Shown piece by piece: positions 30,935 to 45,399 of a stretch of 64,000 nt of DNA (position 1 is the first letter of the stretch; each line of letters opens with the position of its first letter). The stretch is from Octopus vulgaris (Eukaryota), in the NCBI GenBank assembly GCA_951406725.2, contig OX597820.1:38812001-38876000 (forward strand). Reading direction: 5' to 3'. Below the pieces are notes generated by a model. That model had not been told where the DNA came from, did no database searches, and worked only from the letters and a program-made list of their open reading frames with translations. The position numbers and the translations under genes were made by a program.

Positions 30935-31877
30935 GTGTGTGTATATACGTGTTTAAACACAGGGAAACACTGACACGCACACACACATACACACACATGC
31001 TCTCACACACGCAGAAGATAATCTTTATATTCTTAATATTTAGAATCGGGTGCCTTTCGAAATTTTGCAGATAGTATCTATGTCTTTATACGCTATACAC
31101 TTACATTTCAGGATATACCCTATACACACACGGTTAATGTAGTTTTATAGTAAACTTCGCGTTACGACAGAGGGTTTCGCTTTTCATCAAAACAAATCTG
31201 TCCATTATACTTCCACTATACTTAGTCAAAAGACCACATAAGCAGCTATAGATCAATTTCGGTTTTTACATACTACGTTTATTATAATCTACAGCAAATC
31301 CCCAAAGTTTTGTTGTTGCTGATTTTTTTTTATTAAAAAAAAAAATGTTATGCTACAATTTTTACATATATCTGTACGGATGTGTGTGTGTGAGTGTGTG
31401 TGTGTGTGTGTGTGCGTGTTTGTGTGTGTACGTATGTAAATATACACAGGCACACCTACACTTTCGTAGTCATATACATGTTTATACATACGTAATGCAA
31501 TTATATGGTTGATAAAGTTACCAGCTTGAATAAAACAAGAGAATATGCGAGTCAATGAGTGGTTAGAAATGGGTGAGATATATGGAAATGAGACAGAGTG
31601 AGAGAGATGGGGAGAGAGACAGAGAAAGCGAGAGAGAAATACAGAAAAAAAAGACAGAAGAAAACCGAGATATAGAGAGGAGCATTTATGCATATTGTAG
31701 TGATACTCAGCGTTGATGTGTTGAGTTTCATGCTGTTCATTCTAGGAGCAATGCTTTCAGTGCCTAAGGATTATGAGAGAGTTGTATGCAAGATCCAAAC
31801 GCAAAGAATTTTAATGAAATAATCAGAATGCCTTTTGCACGGGAATCATATGCAATGCACATTCTTCCTCTCTACCC

Positions 31878-31987
<110 letters not shown>

Positions 31988-32103
31988 TATATAGATAGAT
32001 AGATATATACAAACATACATATATATATATATATAAAATACACATACATATATATTTCTGCATATACATACAGATAATAAAAAATATATATACATCGATA
32101 GAT

Positions 32104-32134
<31 letters not shown>

Positions 32135-32186
32135 ATTGAGAATGGGTACAACATATACATACATGTATACATACATAGGTACATAT

Positions 32187-32220
<34 letters not shown>

Positions 32221-32540
32221 GAGTGTGTGTATGCGTTTGTGTGATTGTATGTGTGTGTGTGTGTGTATTATTCTCAACACATATAGTATGTTGTATATCG
32301 TATTATGAACCCTCAAAATGGGATCTAGATGTCACATCTGCTCGCGTTACGATTAACTCCCGATTTGCACAGGCTTGTCTGTACATGTATATACCATACA
32401 TTATATACGATGAATAATAAATATATAAATGAAATTCTGCATCATACATGCGCTGGCAGATTATATGCATGTATTTAGATATTTACATATACACGCAAAA
32501 TTATATATATATGTACATATATATATATATATATATGTAC

Positions 32541-32603
<63 letters not shown>

Positions 32604-32917
32604 CGTATGTATACAGTGCGTCAGACATAGAAACACATAGGTAGCGACAGAAAGCGTTAGATAGATATATACTTGTATGTATATATATATGTATATACAG
32701 ACTCACACACATTGCGTAGAGCGTGGAGGATAGCAAAAATCGAACACCAAGAAATAATAACCCAATTCTCACGTATCACAGTTTGACTCTCCCCTTGAGC
32801 TTAGGTGTAATTCATATATGTATATGTCCATTCAGTTACACAAACACACACATATATATGCACAAAAATATATACATATATACTACACATAGAGATGTAT
32901 GTAGATACATATTTATA

Positions 32918-33153
32918 CGGAGGGGTGCTGAATATTTCCTGTCTTTGCTTAAAAGAAAATATAGGAAGGTCAGTTAATTGTGATTTTATTCAACATATTC
33001 ACCTGTTAGATTCACACACTTAGTGCAGCAGTCCTCCGGTTTTCTTTTTTCTTTTTCTTCTTTTTTTTTTTTTGAAAGCCTATACATGAACTCAGAAAGT
33101 TGGGCCTCCAACCAGGCATTGCGCAACATACCTAAGGACAGCAACATCCCTTG
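32918..33153. mobile_element. Tc1/mariner-derived MITE
   Basis: TA-flanked. Left end cggaggggtgctgaatatttcct, internal gattttattcaacatatt...cacactta.tg.agc block shared with 50964-51170. Confidence 0.65.
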
Positions 33154-33233
33154 TATATGAACTTACATACATATAAGCATGTAGGTGCTTACATACACAC
33201 TCACACACTCACATACATATATACATATGTATA

Positions 33234-33277
<44 letters not shown>

Positions 33278-33595
33278 TCATAGAGTTATACAGGTAAATG
33301 GGTGTGTGTATGTTTGTGTGTGTAGGTAAGTCTGGATATTTAAACATTACTATGTAACGCAGGTGAGGAAGAAAAATAACAGAGAAATGAACGTAACGCG
33401 ATGCCGTTGCTATGGCACATAGAGTTAGTAATTAAAATATATATCCTAATAGCTGCAGATGATTTCATTTCCAGCTAAGCTGGAATATATATAGGGATAG
33501 AAAGTGAGGGAACCTGTTGCTTCTGCTAAATATTAACATCTATCTATCTATCGATCTAACTATATCTGCATATACATTCATACATACACATACAC

Positions 33596-33672
<77 letters not shown>

Positions 33673-33745
33673 CTGTATATACATATATGTATACTTCTGC
33701 TACGTAAGCATGTATAAAAATATTCCAGATACCTGCAAGAGTAAG

Positions 33746-33783
<38 letters not shown>

Positions 33784-34456
33784 CCAATACATACACACGT
33801 GTTCCTATATGCATACACACATATACACACTCACTTGTAAAAGTTCACAATTATATAAAGCCATTTTTTTAATGGATATATATATATATACATACATATA
33901 CACACACACACTGTTTCACTATTTTATTTCTCATTTATTTAAAACTCATACGTAAAAGCTTTCATAATATATGAAAAACAAACATACCTTGTACTGTGTA
34001 TGCATAATTTACATATAAGCCATATACCTACAGGTATAGACACATACTAATACCAGACATATGTATATGTGTGTGTGTCTGGATATATAAATATATTTAC
34101 ACACAAACTCATGCATATACATACATATACATACACATATGCATAATTATGCTCACATATATATTGTATGTTTATATATGTGTGTGTGTGTGTATATATA
34201 TATGTGTATATATATATATACATACATATATATATATATACCTGATGTATATATATGCATACATGCGTTGATTCATTGCGTGCTTGCAATAATAAATATA
34301 TTAATATTTGCTCATACGGCTCCTGTTCTGCTCATATTCGCAGGCATATATGTTTGTATCTATGGTAAGGTAGTTGTTTGTATGCCTGTGTGTGCGTGCG
34401 TGCGTGCGTTGTGAATGGAATTTGGAGTGTGTGAGTGTGCGTGTGTGTTTGTGTGT

Positions 34457-34525
<69 letters not shown>

Positions 34526-34655
34526 GACATATAATCATTCGTATAAATTTAGGCAGAGCACATGAATGCATGCATTATCATCGTAAATATCTTAAAACAA
34601 ATATGTGTTTATATATATATAGACATAAGTATGAGCATGTTGAATTCCGATGCAC

Positions 34656-34733
<78 letters not shown>

Positions 34734-34747
34734 ATTTGTGTGTGTAT

Positions 34748-34794
<47 letters not shown>

Positions 34795-34877
34795 TATATA
34801 CATATATACATATATATATACATAATATATACACGACATATATACGTATACATACATACAAATACACATATACACAC

Positions 34878-34908
<31 letters not shown>

Positions 34909-34945
34909 TATTTACACACATGCATACGCATACAGATATTTTTAC

Positions 34946-34983
<38 letters not shown>

Positions 34984-35095
34984 ATGTATGCATATGTATG
35001 AGCATTTATGTGTTTTGGTCTTTTCAATGTATATTTATATGTGCGCCTGTACTTTGGAGTATGTTGAATTCCGATGCATGCATATATATATATAT

Positions 35096-35164
<69 letters not shown>

Positions 35165-35260
35165 AACTTATATACATACATATATCTATGTATATATGTA
35201 TATATATATATTATTTTACACACACACACTCACACATACACATATTACATATATATATAC

Positions 35261-35317
<57 letters not shown>

Positions 35318-36333
35318 TACATATATATATACATATATAAGCATATACATGTATACATTAATTATACTTACTTTGTTTCTCCGGTTTTTTGACACTTATT
35401 TCACCTTTGGAATTGTGAATCTAACCACTTGATTCTCAATGAGTTAACGTGTAAAAGTCCTATGAAATTCATATCATCTGCCATTTTGGGGTTTATTAAT
35501 ATTATTATGTTGCTTTTTTCAGTTTTTTTGTTTTTTTGTTTTTTTTTCCTTTTTCAGTTCACCTCATTCATTTTGACGCTGGTCTAAAGTGCCAAAATAG
35601 TGAAGCACAGCACATGACGGAAAACTGCTATGAATTACAGCCAGACTTTGTTAAATAAGCTTTTCCTGGGATTTTCTTAAACATAGATGTATATTAAAAG
35701 ATCTACTATATTTTGGGGTTTTAAATTCAGTAATACTTTCTTTCTTTTCCGTTCTATACAAATGATGCGAATTTTGTTAGTGTGTGATCATATACGTTGC
35801 TTGCACTACATAATTTTGTTTGTTGTCATTACCTGTAGGTTCTAAATGTGTGTCTGTATTTTTAAATATATATAATAGGAATGGATGCTTGTCTTTTACA
35901 GAAGTTTGAATTTATGTTACTACTAATGTTTTGGTGTTGTTTTCTCTGTTATAGATATTGTTCTAACATAACTTTCGATCTTCGTATTTCTTCAATTTTC
36001 AAATGACACTACGTATATATTACATTCGTTTTCACATATAACCAATATGTTATTAAACTGTATTGATTTTCTAGGCCTGTGTATATAAATGAATACTTTG
36101 AAATAGTTTATACAATTCTTTCGCTGATTTAAACTTCAGCTGTTTTCATACTGTTGTGTGCGTGAATATATTTCAAATGTGTGTGTGTATTTTATACAGT
36201 ATGTTTACATATATCCTTTTGATTGTGTTTGGTGCATGATTTTCTTTGAATTGTCAACTGTTTCTTTTAAATCTTGTTTTTAGTCCTGGTTTCTGCTAAC
36301 GTTGTTTACTTCATTGCATATCTCAGGAAATTC

Positions 36334-37092
36334 TCATCGACGTTCGAAAATGAACTCATTATAATGCTGCCATTTTGATTCTTCCGTGTCGAGTCCTGGC
36401 TTGATTTCTCCGGCACTGTTGGTACCGGAGCCGCAAGAACCAGCCAAGTAAAACCCCTGTTCTACAAGCATGTCAAATGCCTGTTCCAAGAAAGTGTGTT
36501 TGAGAAAAAATCGAGACGTATACCGGTCTTCTGTTCCGCGATCTGGGTCCCGACTTTCATTCAAAGTATCTTGGAATACCTCTCGACAGAGAGATACCTT
36601 CCCACAGACAATAATTCTGGCAAGCTTTCGGAATTTGACGTCGGCAAGCCCATCCCTTCCAAAGGCAAATGTCCCACGATATCCAACGGTAATGTAGCCA
36701 GGTTGCTTGCCAGTTATCAACCCGTTACAACAAACGTTTGTCGATTGTCCTATGGATTTTGAAACACTTATTGTTGAAAGATTGCGAACCAAGTTAGGCA
36801 GACGGAAATATTCAGCTTCTGTCTTCAGACGATCTTTTTCGTGAAAATTCTCAGGTAGAATCAGTTTTTGATTTCGTAAGTAATCAAGAATGTATCTGAA
36901 AAGCACACCATCGCGATCCAAAAAAAACTTTCCTTTCGAATCTCGTAAAATCGGCGTTTTTCCAGAGTTTGAAAACATCTGTGAAAGTAAAGAATCAGGT
37001 TCTTTCCTTAGTGTATTTAATGTAGTTGTGTAAGACACTCCACCAACATTTAACTCCAAAATTTCAGGAAGATCTGCCGCTTTCTCCGACAT
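36334..37092 (-). CDS. BTB/POZ (T1) domain protein of the KCTD8/12/16 family (invertebrate Ktl/KCTD12-like; BTB + H1, no H2 domain), single coding exon, 252 aa
   Basis: N-terminal BTB signature ILELNVGGVSYTTTLNTL..PDSLLSQMF...DSKGKFFLDRDGVLFRYILDYLR...EAEYFRL. C-terminal H1 domain GYITVGYRGTFAFGRDGLADVKFRKLARIIVCGKV..CREVF..TLNESRDPD...YTSRFFLKHTFLEQAFD. Start context caaccATG, TGA stop, no frameshifts. It is probably co-orthologous to vertebrate KCTD8/12/16, so no single symbol is assigned. Confidence 0.96.
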   Translation of the reverse strand: MSEKAADLPEILELNVGGVSYTTTLNTLRKEPDSLLSQMFSNSGKTPILRDSKGKFFLDRDGVLFRYILDYLRNQKLILPENFHEKDRLKTEAEYFRLPNLVRNLSTISVSKSIGQSTNVCCNGLITGKQPGYITVGYRGTFAFGRDGLADVKFRKLARIIVCGKVSLCREVFQDTLNESRDPDRGTEDRYTSRFFLKHTFLEQAFDMLVEQGFYLAGSCGSGTNSAGEIKPGLDTEESKWQHYNEFIFERR

Positions 37093-37954
37093 GGTTGTCT
37101 GTTTACAGTGGTCTCAGTAAAAGCTGTAGCGATATGGACTTATTAGCTTCCCTGCTCGCAATGTGTTGCCGTTTTATTGTTGTTGTTAACGTAATGAATA
37201 TATGTGTACGTATGTGTGTGTATATAAATGTTCATGTGTATGTTTGTGTACAAATATATTTATATGTAAATACGAACAAATATAAATACGTGAGCGTGTG
37301 TGTGTGTGTGTGTATATATATCTATATACACACACACAAAACTGAAGAAAATATGCGTTTGTTTTTATGTCCAAGTAGTGTGTAACATCAATTATCTCAC
37401 AACAGCAATAAAGAAGATGTAGTATTGACCAGACCGAGTGACTTCACTGAAGTATACTTCTCCGCAGCTATTCTCCGATAGTAGTAATTTTGAACGGATA
37501 TTGGTGAAATTCGTGTGTAAATATTTTTTATGGGAACGTATCTACACACGATCGTATGCATGTAAAATATACACGTCAAATCACATGAAATGGAGAGTAA
37601 ATCAGGAGCAGTTTTCAAGATGTATATGTATTACACATACAGCGATGCGCATACATATGAATGCTATTCACATCGAAGATGATGGACTGACTGACGATGA
37701 TGAACGTTAACTCCAGTGCGTCGATATAATGTCAAACATTAAAACACAAATAAGCTAAAAAAAAAATCTTTCTCTTGATACGGTCCCTACAAAATATTAT
37801 GGTTGAATGAAATCAAAAAACAAAACACCCCAAATAGTTCTCGTTAATAAACAACACTCTCACACACATACACACACGCGCAATAAATTATAAATTATTC
37901 TGTCTTTCCTAGTATGGTTTTCACAGGGTAGAATTTAGTCCTTGTGTTCGCAAC

Positions 37955-37982
37955 ACTAATTCATATGGCCAGCGCATTTATA
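37955..37982 (-). promoter_or_regulatory. Candidate core promoter for the KCTD gene (TATAAA plus TTAGT initiator-like motif)
   Basis: Minus strand reads ccaTATAAAtgcgctggccatatgaaTTAGTg, about 0.87 kb upstream of the ATG in unique sequence. The TATA-to-Inr spacing (~25 nt) is slightly short. Confidence 0.25.
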
Positions 37983-38177
37983 TGGAAATGCTCGCTTGTG
38001 TAATCGCATCGGCGTGTTCGTCTTCTCTGCGTGCATATTAAGGTGAAATCGACTGCTGATAATGTAAATTGATACTGCCAGCAGTTGCCAGTACGACACA
38101 GGCACGCTTACACACACACACACTTGTTTCCTTCGGTGTTCGCCTCCTCCTCCTACTACAACTAAATACTACTACCT

Positions 38178-38260
38178 CTTCTTCTTCTTCTTCTTCTTCT
38201 TCTTCTTCTTCTTCTTCTTCTTCTTCTTCTTCTTCTTCTTCTTCTTCTTCTTCTTCTTCT
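38178..38260. repeat. (CTT)n/(GAA)n trinucleotide array about 1.1 kb upstream of the KCTD ATG
   Basis: Uninterrupted run of tct/ctt triplets. It is followed by (CAT)n/(TAT)n at ~38677-38773 and (GGT)n at ~39440-39483. Confidence 0.95.
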
Positions 38261-38711
38261 TTATTCCCCTCGTCCACCCTTCTTCTTCTTCTTATTCCAA
38301 CTACTCACTCCTACTCTTTTAATGTTTGACTTCCTTTCACTCCTACTTCTTCACTCTCCTTTCTCTTTTAATTTCGAAATTCCCCTTCCATTTTATTTAT
38401 TTATCTATTTACGTTCTTTTACCTTCTTTCCTTCCCTCCCTCCTTCTTTTCTTTCTTTCTTTCTTTCAATTCATTTTATTTTATTTTATTTTATTTCATT
38501 TTCGGTTTCTTTGTTTCTACCTTTTTTATTTTATTCAGTACAGCTTCTATTCTCAACGGTAGCATACAGTGGGATCCTAGCTTAGTATACAATAACAATG
38601 AGGTGTGTGGTAATTAGTAGCATTTTACATCACGATTATGATCATGACTATGATTATACACATTACTATTACTTATTATCATCATCATCATCATCATCAT
38701 CATCATTATTA

Positions 38712-38777
<66 letters not shown>

Positions 38778-38885
38778 GCCAATATCGGAGACTAGTAGCA
38801 TGGAATGCAGGAAGGTAACGTACAGTTGTATACAGAAGCAATGTATATATATATAGTATATATATGCATGTGTGTATGTATACAA

Positions 38886-38922
<37 letters not shown>

Positions 38923-38991
38923 AATACAAATATGTGTGTGTATATATACAACCGGAGATAAAGATAATGATAGAGATGGATAAATAGATAG

Positions 38992-39045
<54 letters not shown>

Positions 39046-39574
39046 ACAGAGAGACAGACAGACAGATATTTTTCCGCTAGGCGTAGGGCGTTAGTTGCCC
39101 TCCTCCGACGTACGACTACATTCTATTGCTCGATTTAAACAAGTGTGTATATTTTAACAATGGGAATTTTCTCTCTTGTTCGTTTGGCGTGTGCTACTAC
39201 AGGCTGCTACTGCTGCTACTGCTGCTGCTACCGCCGTCATTACTACTGCTGCTGCTGATGATGATGATTTTGATGATGGTGAAGGTGGTGGCAGCGATCG
39301 TTGTGGTTGTGATGGTGGTTGTGGTGGGTGTGGCGGAGGTTGTGATGGATGCTCTCGTTCGATCGCTGCCACCAGTGCAGCTGTTGAAAGTGCTATAGTA
39401 GTAGTAGTAGTGGTGGTGCTGACGGTAGTCTTGGTAGTGGTAGTGGTGGTGGTGGTGGTGGTGGTGGTGGTGGTGGTGGTGGTAGCAGTAGTTGTTTTTG
39501 TTGTTGTAATAGCAATAGTAGTTGTAGCGAAAACAGCAGCAGCAGCAGCTGAAATTGCTGTCATTTAACGTTTT

Positions 39575-39990
39575 TGTTTAGACCCAGATCAATCCTCTTC
39601 GGATAGACTCGCGCTGAAAGGCGTTCCAGCCAAGCCCATGCCATCCATGTAAGGTTACTTAGAAAGGGGTACATCATTCAATGTGTCCTTTCATTTTTCA
39701 AGACTTCATATTGTGATTTGAAGGAGATTTCTTTGCTATTTTAAGCAGTTTGTGCAACCAAGAAAACCATTTCACCACCGATGATGCCATTTTTTTTTAG
39801 CCCTTGGTCAGCCATGATCCAGCAAAGCTCTGATCAAAGGTATTTCAGGCATGCCCATCCAGTCAATTTTGTGTATCAGGGACTACTACAACGTCCAATA
39901 TGTTCCGATGTCTTTCCAGAGAGTAATGTGTGTGATACGAAATAGATTTGACTGCTATTTCTAACGGATTGAGCAAGCCTGTGGGAGTTG
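39575..39990. repeat. Two tandem diverged copies of a dispersed repeat (third copy ~56500-56700)
   Basis: Shared blocks ccatgccatcc/catgcccatcc, catcattcaatgtgtcc/caacgtccaatatgttcc and agattt...gctattt. Confidence 0.45.
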
Positions 39991-40675
39991 CGTAGTCGCA
40001 ATTCTTGTTGACGTTGTTATTGTAAAGTGCCATAACCACGTAAGGTGATTATTGTTGCAGATGATGCTGTTGTTGTTATTGTCGCTTTCGTTGTTGTTGT
40101 TGCAGCTAATGCTGCTGTTATTGATATTGTTGGTCATGTTCTTGTTGCTGCTGTTGTGCTTTTCATTCGTGTGCCACTGCTGTTTAAAGCTGTTGCAGTT
40201 GGCCACTGCCGTTGCAGTTGCTATTAACATTGCAGTTATTGTTATTAGTGCAACTCATTTTTGTTGTTGTTAGTACTGCTCACAAGTACTTCTGACATTG
40301 TTGTTGCCGTTTTCTTTATTTTTTTTCTTTTCATTAGAGGTATTCAATACTATATTTGCGTTGGTTAGTTCTGTAGTAGTTGTTGTAGTTGCTCTAGTTT
40401 TTGTTGTGGTTGTTGTTATTGTTGATGGTGGTAGTAGATGTGGCGGTGGCGGCGGTGCTGCTGCTACTCGCTAGTCTTCTGGAGTTATTGTTGTTTATAT
40501 TGTTGCTGTTAGCTTTCTATTAGAAGCGTGCTGCAGTGCACGACTTTAACCAACATGTTGTAGAACTGTGATGCAGTTCTCCCTGTCTCTATCTCACTGT
40601 CACACACACATAAATAGATATAGAAACCGACATACATACATATACAAATACACACACACAAATATATACATACAC

Positions 40676-40710
<35 letters not shown>

Positions 40711-40831
40711 TATATACCTCAGACACACACAAATACCTTATGTATATACATGTATCTCTCTCCTACCCTTCTCTCTCTTTCTTTCTCTATGTATCTCTAT
40801 ATACCTATGTATCCATTTATCTCTCTATATG

Positions 40832-40863
<32 letters not shown>

Positions 40864-40865
40864 AT

Positions 40866-40903
<38 letters not shown>

Positions 40904-41590
40904 GACAGAGAAACAGAGATAGATATAAATGGATAGATAGGTATATAGAGATAGATAGAGAAAGAAAGAGAGAGAGGGAGAGAGAAGGGGAGGAGAGAAA
41001 TACATATATATACCTAAGGTATTTGTGTGTGTTTGTGGTTGTACACAAATATACAGACATATACCTATGTGTATATGTACGTAGGTAAACATATGTATTA
41101 ATAAAATTAGATTAATACTAATTTTTTTTTTATTCGTAGGAATACATATACGGAATCTAGGAACCCTACTGCATAGATTAAATATAATGCTTGTTCTCGT
41201 TGATCATCTATTCCATAGCCGAGGACCATTTGGTTCAGGCAATATGCTTAATGCGTATTGGTTCAGTAATAATGTTTTCGTATTCAGTGTTTCTATTGTA
41301 TTCAGTTTTGTTATATGTATAACTATAAAGATAGCCCTACTAGATTAGTAGTATTTCCATTATTACTTGTTCAATTCAGTCTGTTTTTCTTTTGTATGTG
41401 TGTGTGTGTGCGTGTGGTGGTTTATGTAGAAGAGTGGTTATGTGGCAAGAAACTTGTTTGCTAACCACATGCTTCTTGGTTCAGTTGCACCGCATAACAC
41501 CTTGGGGAAGTGTCTTCTAGTAGAGCCTCGGGACGACAAAAACCTTGTGAGTAGATTTGGTAGACCAAAAGTAAAAGAAATCTATCGTAT

Positions 41591-41669
<79 letters not shown>

Positions 41670-41671
41670 AC

Positions 41672-41708
<37 letters not shown>

Positions 41709-44700
41709 TGAATAATATATAAATAAATGCATATATACATTTATATACATATCTACATATATATGTATATATATACATGCATATATGGCTACAGGACATA
41801 AAAAAAAAAACGTTGAACACAATGAGAAACGAAAAGATAAAGACAAAAACATAGAAAGCGAACTCTTTTTTTTTAGCAACGAGACAAAGCAGAGAAACGA
41901 GACATGCAACATAAAGAATATTCCCCTTCATCAGTAGTCCCTGTTTCATCTACTCCGCGTTTCGGTAATATATATCTATGTGTGTGTGTGTTGTGTCTCT
42001 GACTGTCCTCCCATTTTTTTATGGTTTCATCGGAGGTAAGGCAAATTTTGAGGGTTGTGGATGGTAAGAAATCATCTTTAGACTCAAGATGTGAGCGAAA
42101 AGTTTACAACAGAGTAGACTGCTTTAAATAATCCATAGGTTAGGTAGTGTTATTGAATTGAGAATGGGGGTGTCTTATAAAGTGTATTACTGAAGACTAA
42201 CTGTAGAACCACCGTTGAGTCTTCAAATTCACTTTCTATCGACTATTACTAACAAAGCTTTTGTCGAACCAAAACTTTTGGAAAATATTCATACTCAGAT
42301 TGTTCTGCATTGAAATCGAACCTGAAACTACGTAGCCCCTCAACGCAATAAAACTTGTGCCCTAACCATCTGAAAGAAGTAATCTTTACATCCAGTTATA
42401 CAGACTGGCGCAAATACTACTTTCACCCTTAAAACTTAAATGATATTTTAAAATTGTAATCTTTTATATTTGTTAATCTTAAAGGTGCCTAATGAAATTC
42501 TGGTAGCTTTCTAAGCTTGGGAAAATACACGACTGAACAAAGGATGTTTGTTATATTTTAATATAAAACAATCATTCTAATCAGACCATGGGACTACTCT
42601 ATGTAAAACATATATATTGAACAAAACATAATAGAATTAAATTGTAAATATCTGAGATGCGGAAATTTAAAATAAGAAATAGTAATAGGCATATTGGCCA
42701 GGTTGTCAGAGTGTCGGATAGCTGTTTTGTGGAATGTTTTTTCTGCATTCTGGGTTCAAAACACGCTCAATGTTAGGTTTGTTTTCTTCCTTCGGACTTC
42801 TGAAAATAAAATACACCTCCCCATCGTTATTTCTACTTGTTGATTTCTCTCTGCTTTCTGGAAACTAGACGTTATCAAACCTGGGAGGGAAGGGTTCGGC
42901 GTTCTTTTAAAATTGCTCTCGACGTTTTCCGTACGACTTCACTAAAACTTCTGCCAATGACCCAGTAGATAAGAGTATAGTAACCTACTGTTGAGAAACA
43001 ATGTGTTCAACAACAGGATCCAGTCTAGCATTTGGTAGACATCCGAGAAATTAAACGATTAATAAACATTTCAGATTAAATCAATGGAAATGTAGTGTAG
43101 ATGCACATATTAAAAATAACTCTTTTATCTTCAGACACAAAGTTCAGGCACAAGAGAGGCGTGTGGTGATAAGCTGCCTTCCCGAATACATGGTTTCGGA
43201 TTTAAACCCACCTTGTGGCACCTTGGGAAACCCTCCTATACTATTGTCTCATACCGCTCAAAGCCTTGTGATTAGATTTCATAGACGGAAACTAAAAGAA
43301 GTATGTCGTATATATATATATATATAGAGAGAGAGAGGGCAATATCACACATAGATGCCACACTCTAGGAGGGACTCATAAAGTCAAAACTACTGAAATA
43401 AATAAACACATCGTACCAAAACCAATTCTCGAAGCAGGTCATTTAAAAGCAGAATTTAGCCGCACATCACACTGTGATTTCGTAATCGGTGAAGTTTTAT
43501 GCAATTTTTACTCCTCAGTGCAAGCATAATTCAAGATATATAATGAATAAACAAAAACATCATACCAGGCGAATAGCTATCGTATTCAACGCAGCATGTA
43601 GGAATGTTTACCCCTTACACATCTATGTAAATAGCGAGCTTTTTCGAATTGCATTTCGGTAACAACGTGCTTATTCGGAATAAAAATTCATTATTGAATA
43701 TACTCCGGTTAAATTTACAATTTAAAAATAGGATAAAATCTTCATAAGAATTTATCAATTAGTTAGCGTAAAAAACCTCATGAGAGAAAAAAGTCTGATA
43801 TGCGGCTAAATTCTGTTTTTAAATGACCTGCTTCGAGAATTCGTTTCGGTACGATGTCTTTATTTATTTTAGTAATTTTGACTTTATGAGTCCTTCTTAG
43901 CGTGTGGCATCTATGTGTAATAGTTCCCTCTATATAATATAAACAAATAAATTTAAAGGAAAAAAATTGATGTTTTTTTTCTCTTATGAGGTTTTTCACG
44001 CTAACTACTTGATTAAATTCTTATGAAGATTTTATCCTATTTTTGAATTATATATATATATATGTTGCTGTAGGGATATGTGCAACTTTGTCTTTGTCCC
44101 TCCTCAACAACACCTGGCAATAGGTGTTCGTTTGTTTACGTCCCCGTAACTTAGCTGTTTGGCACTTGAACCGATAGAACATGTACCGGACTTTAGAAAA
44201 GTAAGTGGTGCAGACGATTGTTCTACTAATCACTTTCCGATGACTGAAACAAGTAAATCCTTAAAATTGTAAACTTTATGCGGGGAAAATGATAATTAAG
44301 ATAACACGACACGGTTCGTGTCTGGTATTTTGTCTGAGAACAATTTTACTCCCTTACTCTCACCTGTAACGGAGCGTCATAAGCTTTCTCATTTCTGTTT
44401 TGACAAGGCAATTATAAACACATAAAGAAAGAAATATATTTGATAAAACCCTCTTCATTTTTCTTTCTATTTTTATTTTGTATATTTCAACGATAGTAAC
44501 ACCACATGATTAATCAAGTGAATTAAAATAATAGCAAAATATCGAGTAAATCTTGTCACGCAGATTGCGCATCTTCGGCAATGAATGATTTGACAGTAAC
44601 CGTGGGCAAACTATTTCTTGAATGTTCAGAAAAAGAACTCGCACAAAATGTTAAAATAAGCGTCATTCCGGCGATAACTAATGAAAAACACAAACAACAT

Positions 44701-44939
44701 TGTTTGTATAGCTCTCGCCTACATGAAAACTGTAATGCCAACAGACCAGCAGACACTGAACTTAAAACCATCGACATTTTTTCAAGTTAGGAAATGCATT
44801 AATATACATGCATACATATATATCTATATATATATATATATATACATATTTATATATATATATACAGAGAAAGAGAGAGAAGGGGAGAGAGAGAGAGAAA
44901 GATAGCTAGCTAGCTAGATAGATAGATAGACAGAGAGAT

Positions 44940-45245
44940 GCGTGGCTTAGCATAGGTAAGGAGATAGGGTATTCTGCTGTCGATAGTAAGGTTGTGAGTT
45001 CGATTCCTGACAGCATGTTCTGTCCATGAGCCAGACACTCTATATTACGTTGCTCGAGTCCACTCAGTGGCAAAAATGATTTGTGCCTTTATTTCAAGCT
45101 GCAACCTTGTAACATTTAGTGTCGGGCTGAATCTCCCCGAGGACTACGTTTGTGAAGTGGTCAGCCACTTGCACGTTTATTTCACAACCAGACTGTCCAG
45201 TTGATCAACTGGAACACTCGGCGTCGTAAGCGACGGATTGCCAGT
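44940..45245 (+). mobile_element. tRNA-derived SINE family B
   Basis: Head gcgtggcttagc...gagttcgattcct (B-box-like). Its 3' half (gctgaatctccccgag.actac...gatcaactggaac...cgtcgtaa) recurs at 61880-62050. Confidence 0.7.
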
Positions 45246-45251
45246 TGTATG

Positions 45252-45282
<31 letters not shown>

Positions 45283-45309
45283 TATTAAATTTCTGACACA
45301 GTATACAAA

Positions 45310-45399
<90 letters not shown>

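Noticed and set aside
34633-35082. Direct repeat gag(c/t)atgttgaattccgatgca at 34633 and 35057
   Set aside because: Short local duplication within a compound microsatellite with no further structure.
36470-36762. Plus-strand ORFs overlapping the KCTD gene
   Set aside because: Antisense shadows of the real CDS with no recognisable motifs.
38038-40273. Poly-E, poly-S, poly-T, poly-V and poly-N ORFs upstream of KCTD
   Set aside because: Trinucleotide microsatellites with no domain content or supported splice structure.
41915-41966. Minus-strand GAAACGCG...CTGATGAAGGGG possible type-II hammerhead
   Set aside because: No UH cleavage triplet in register, and the helix II partner is missing in this copy.
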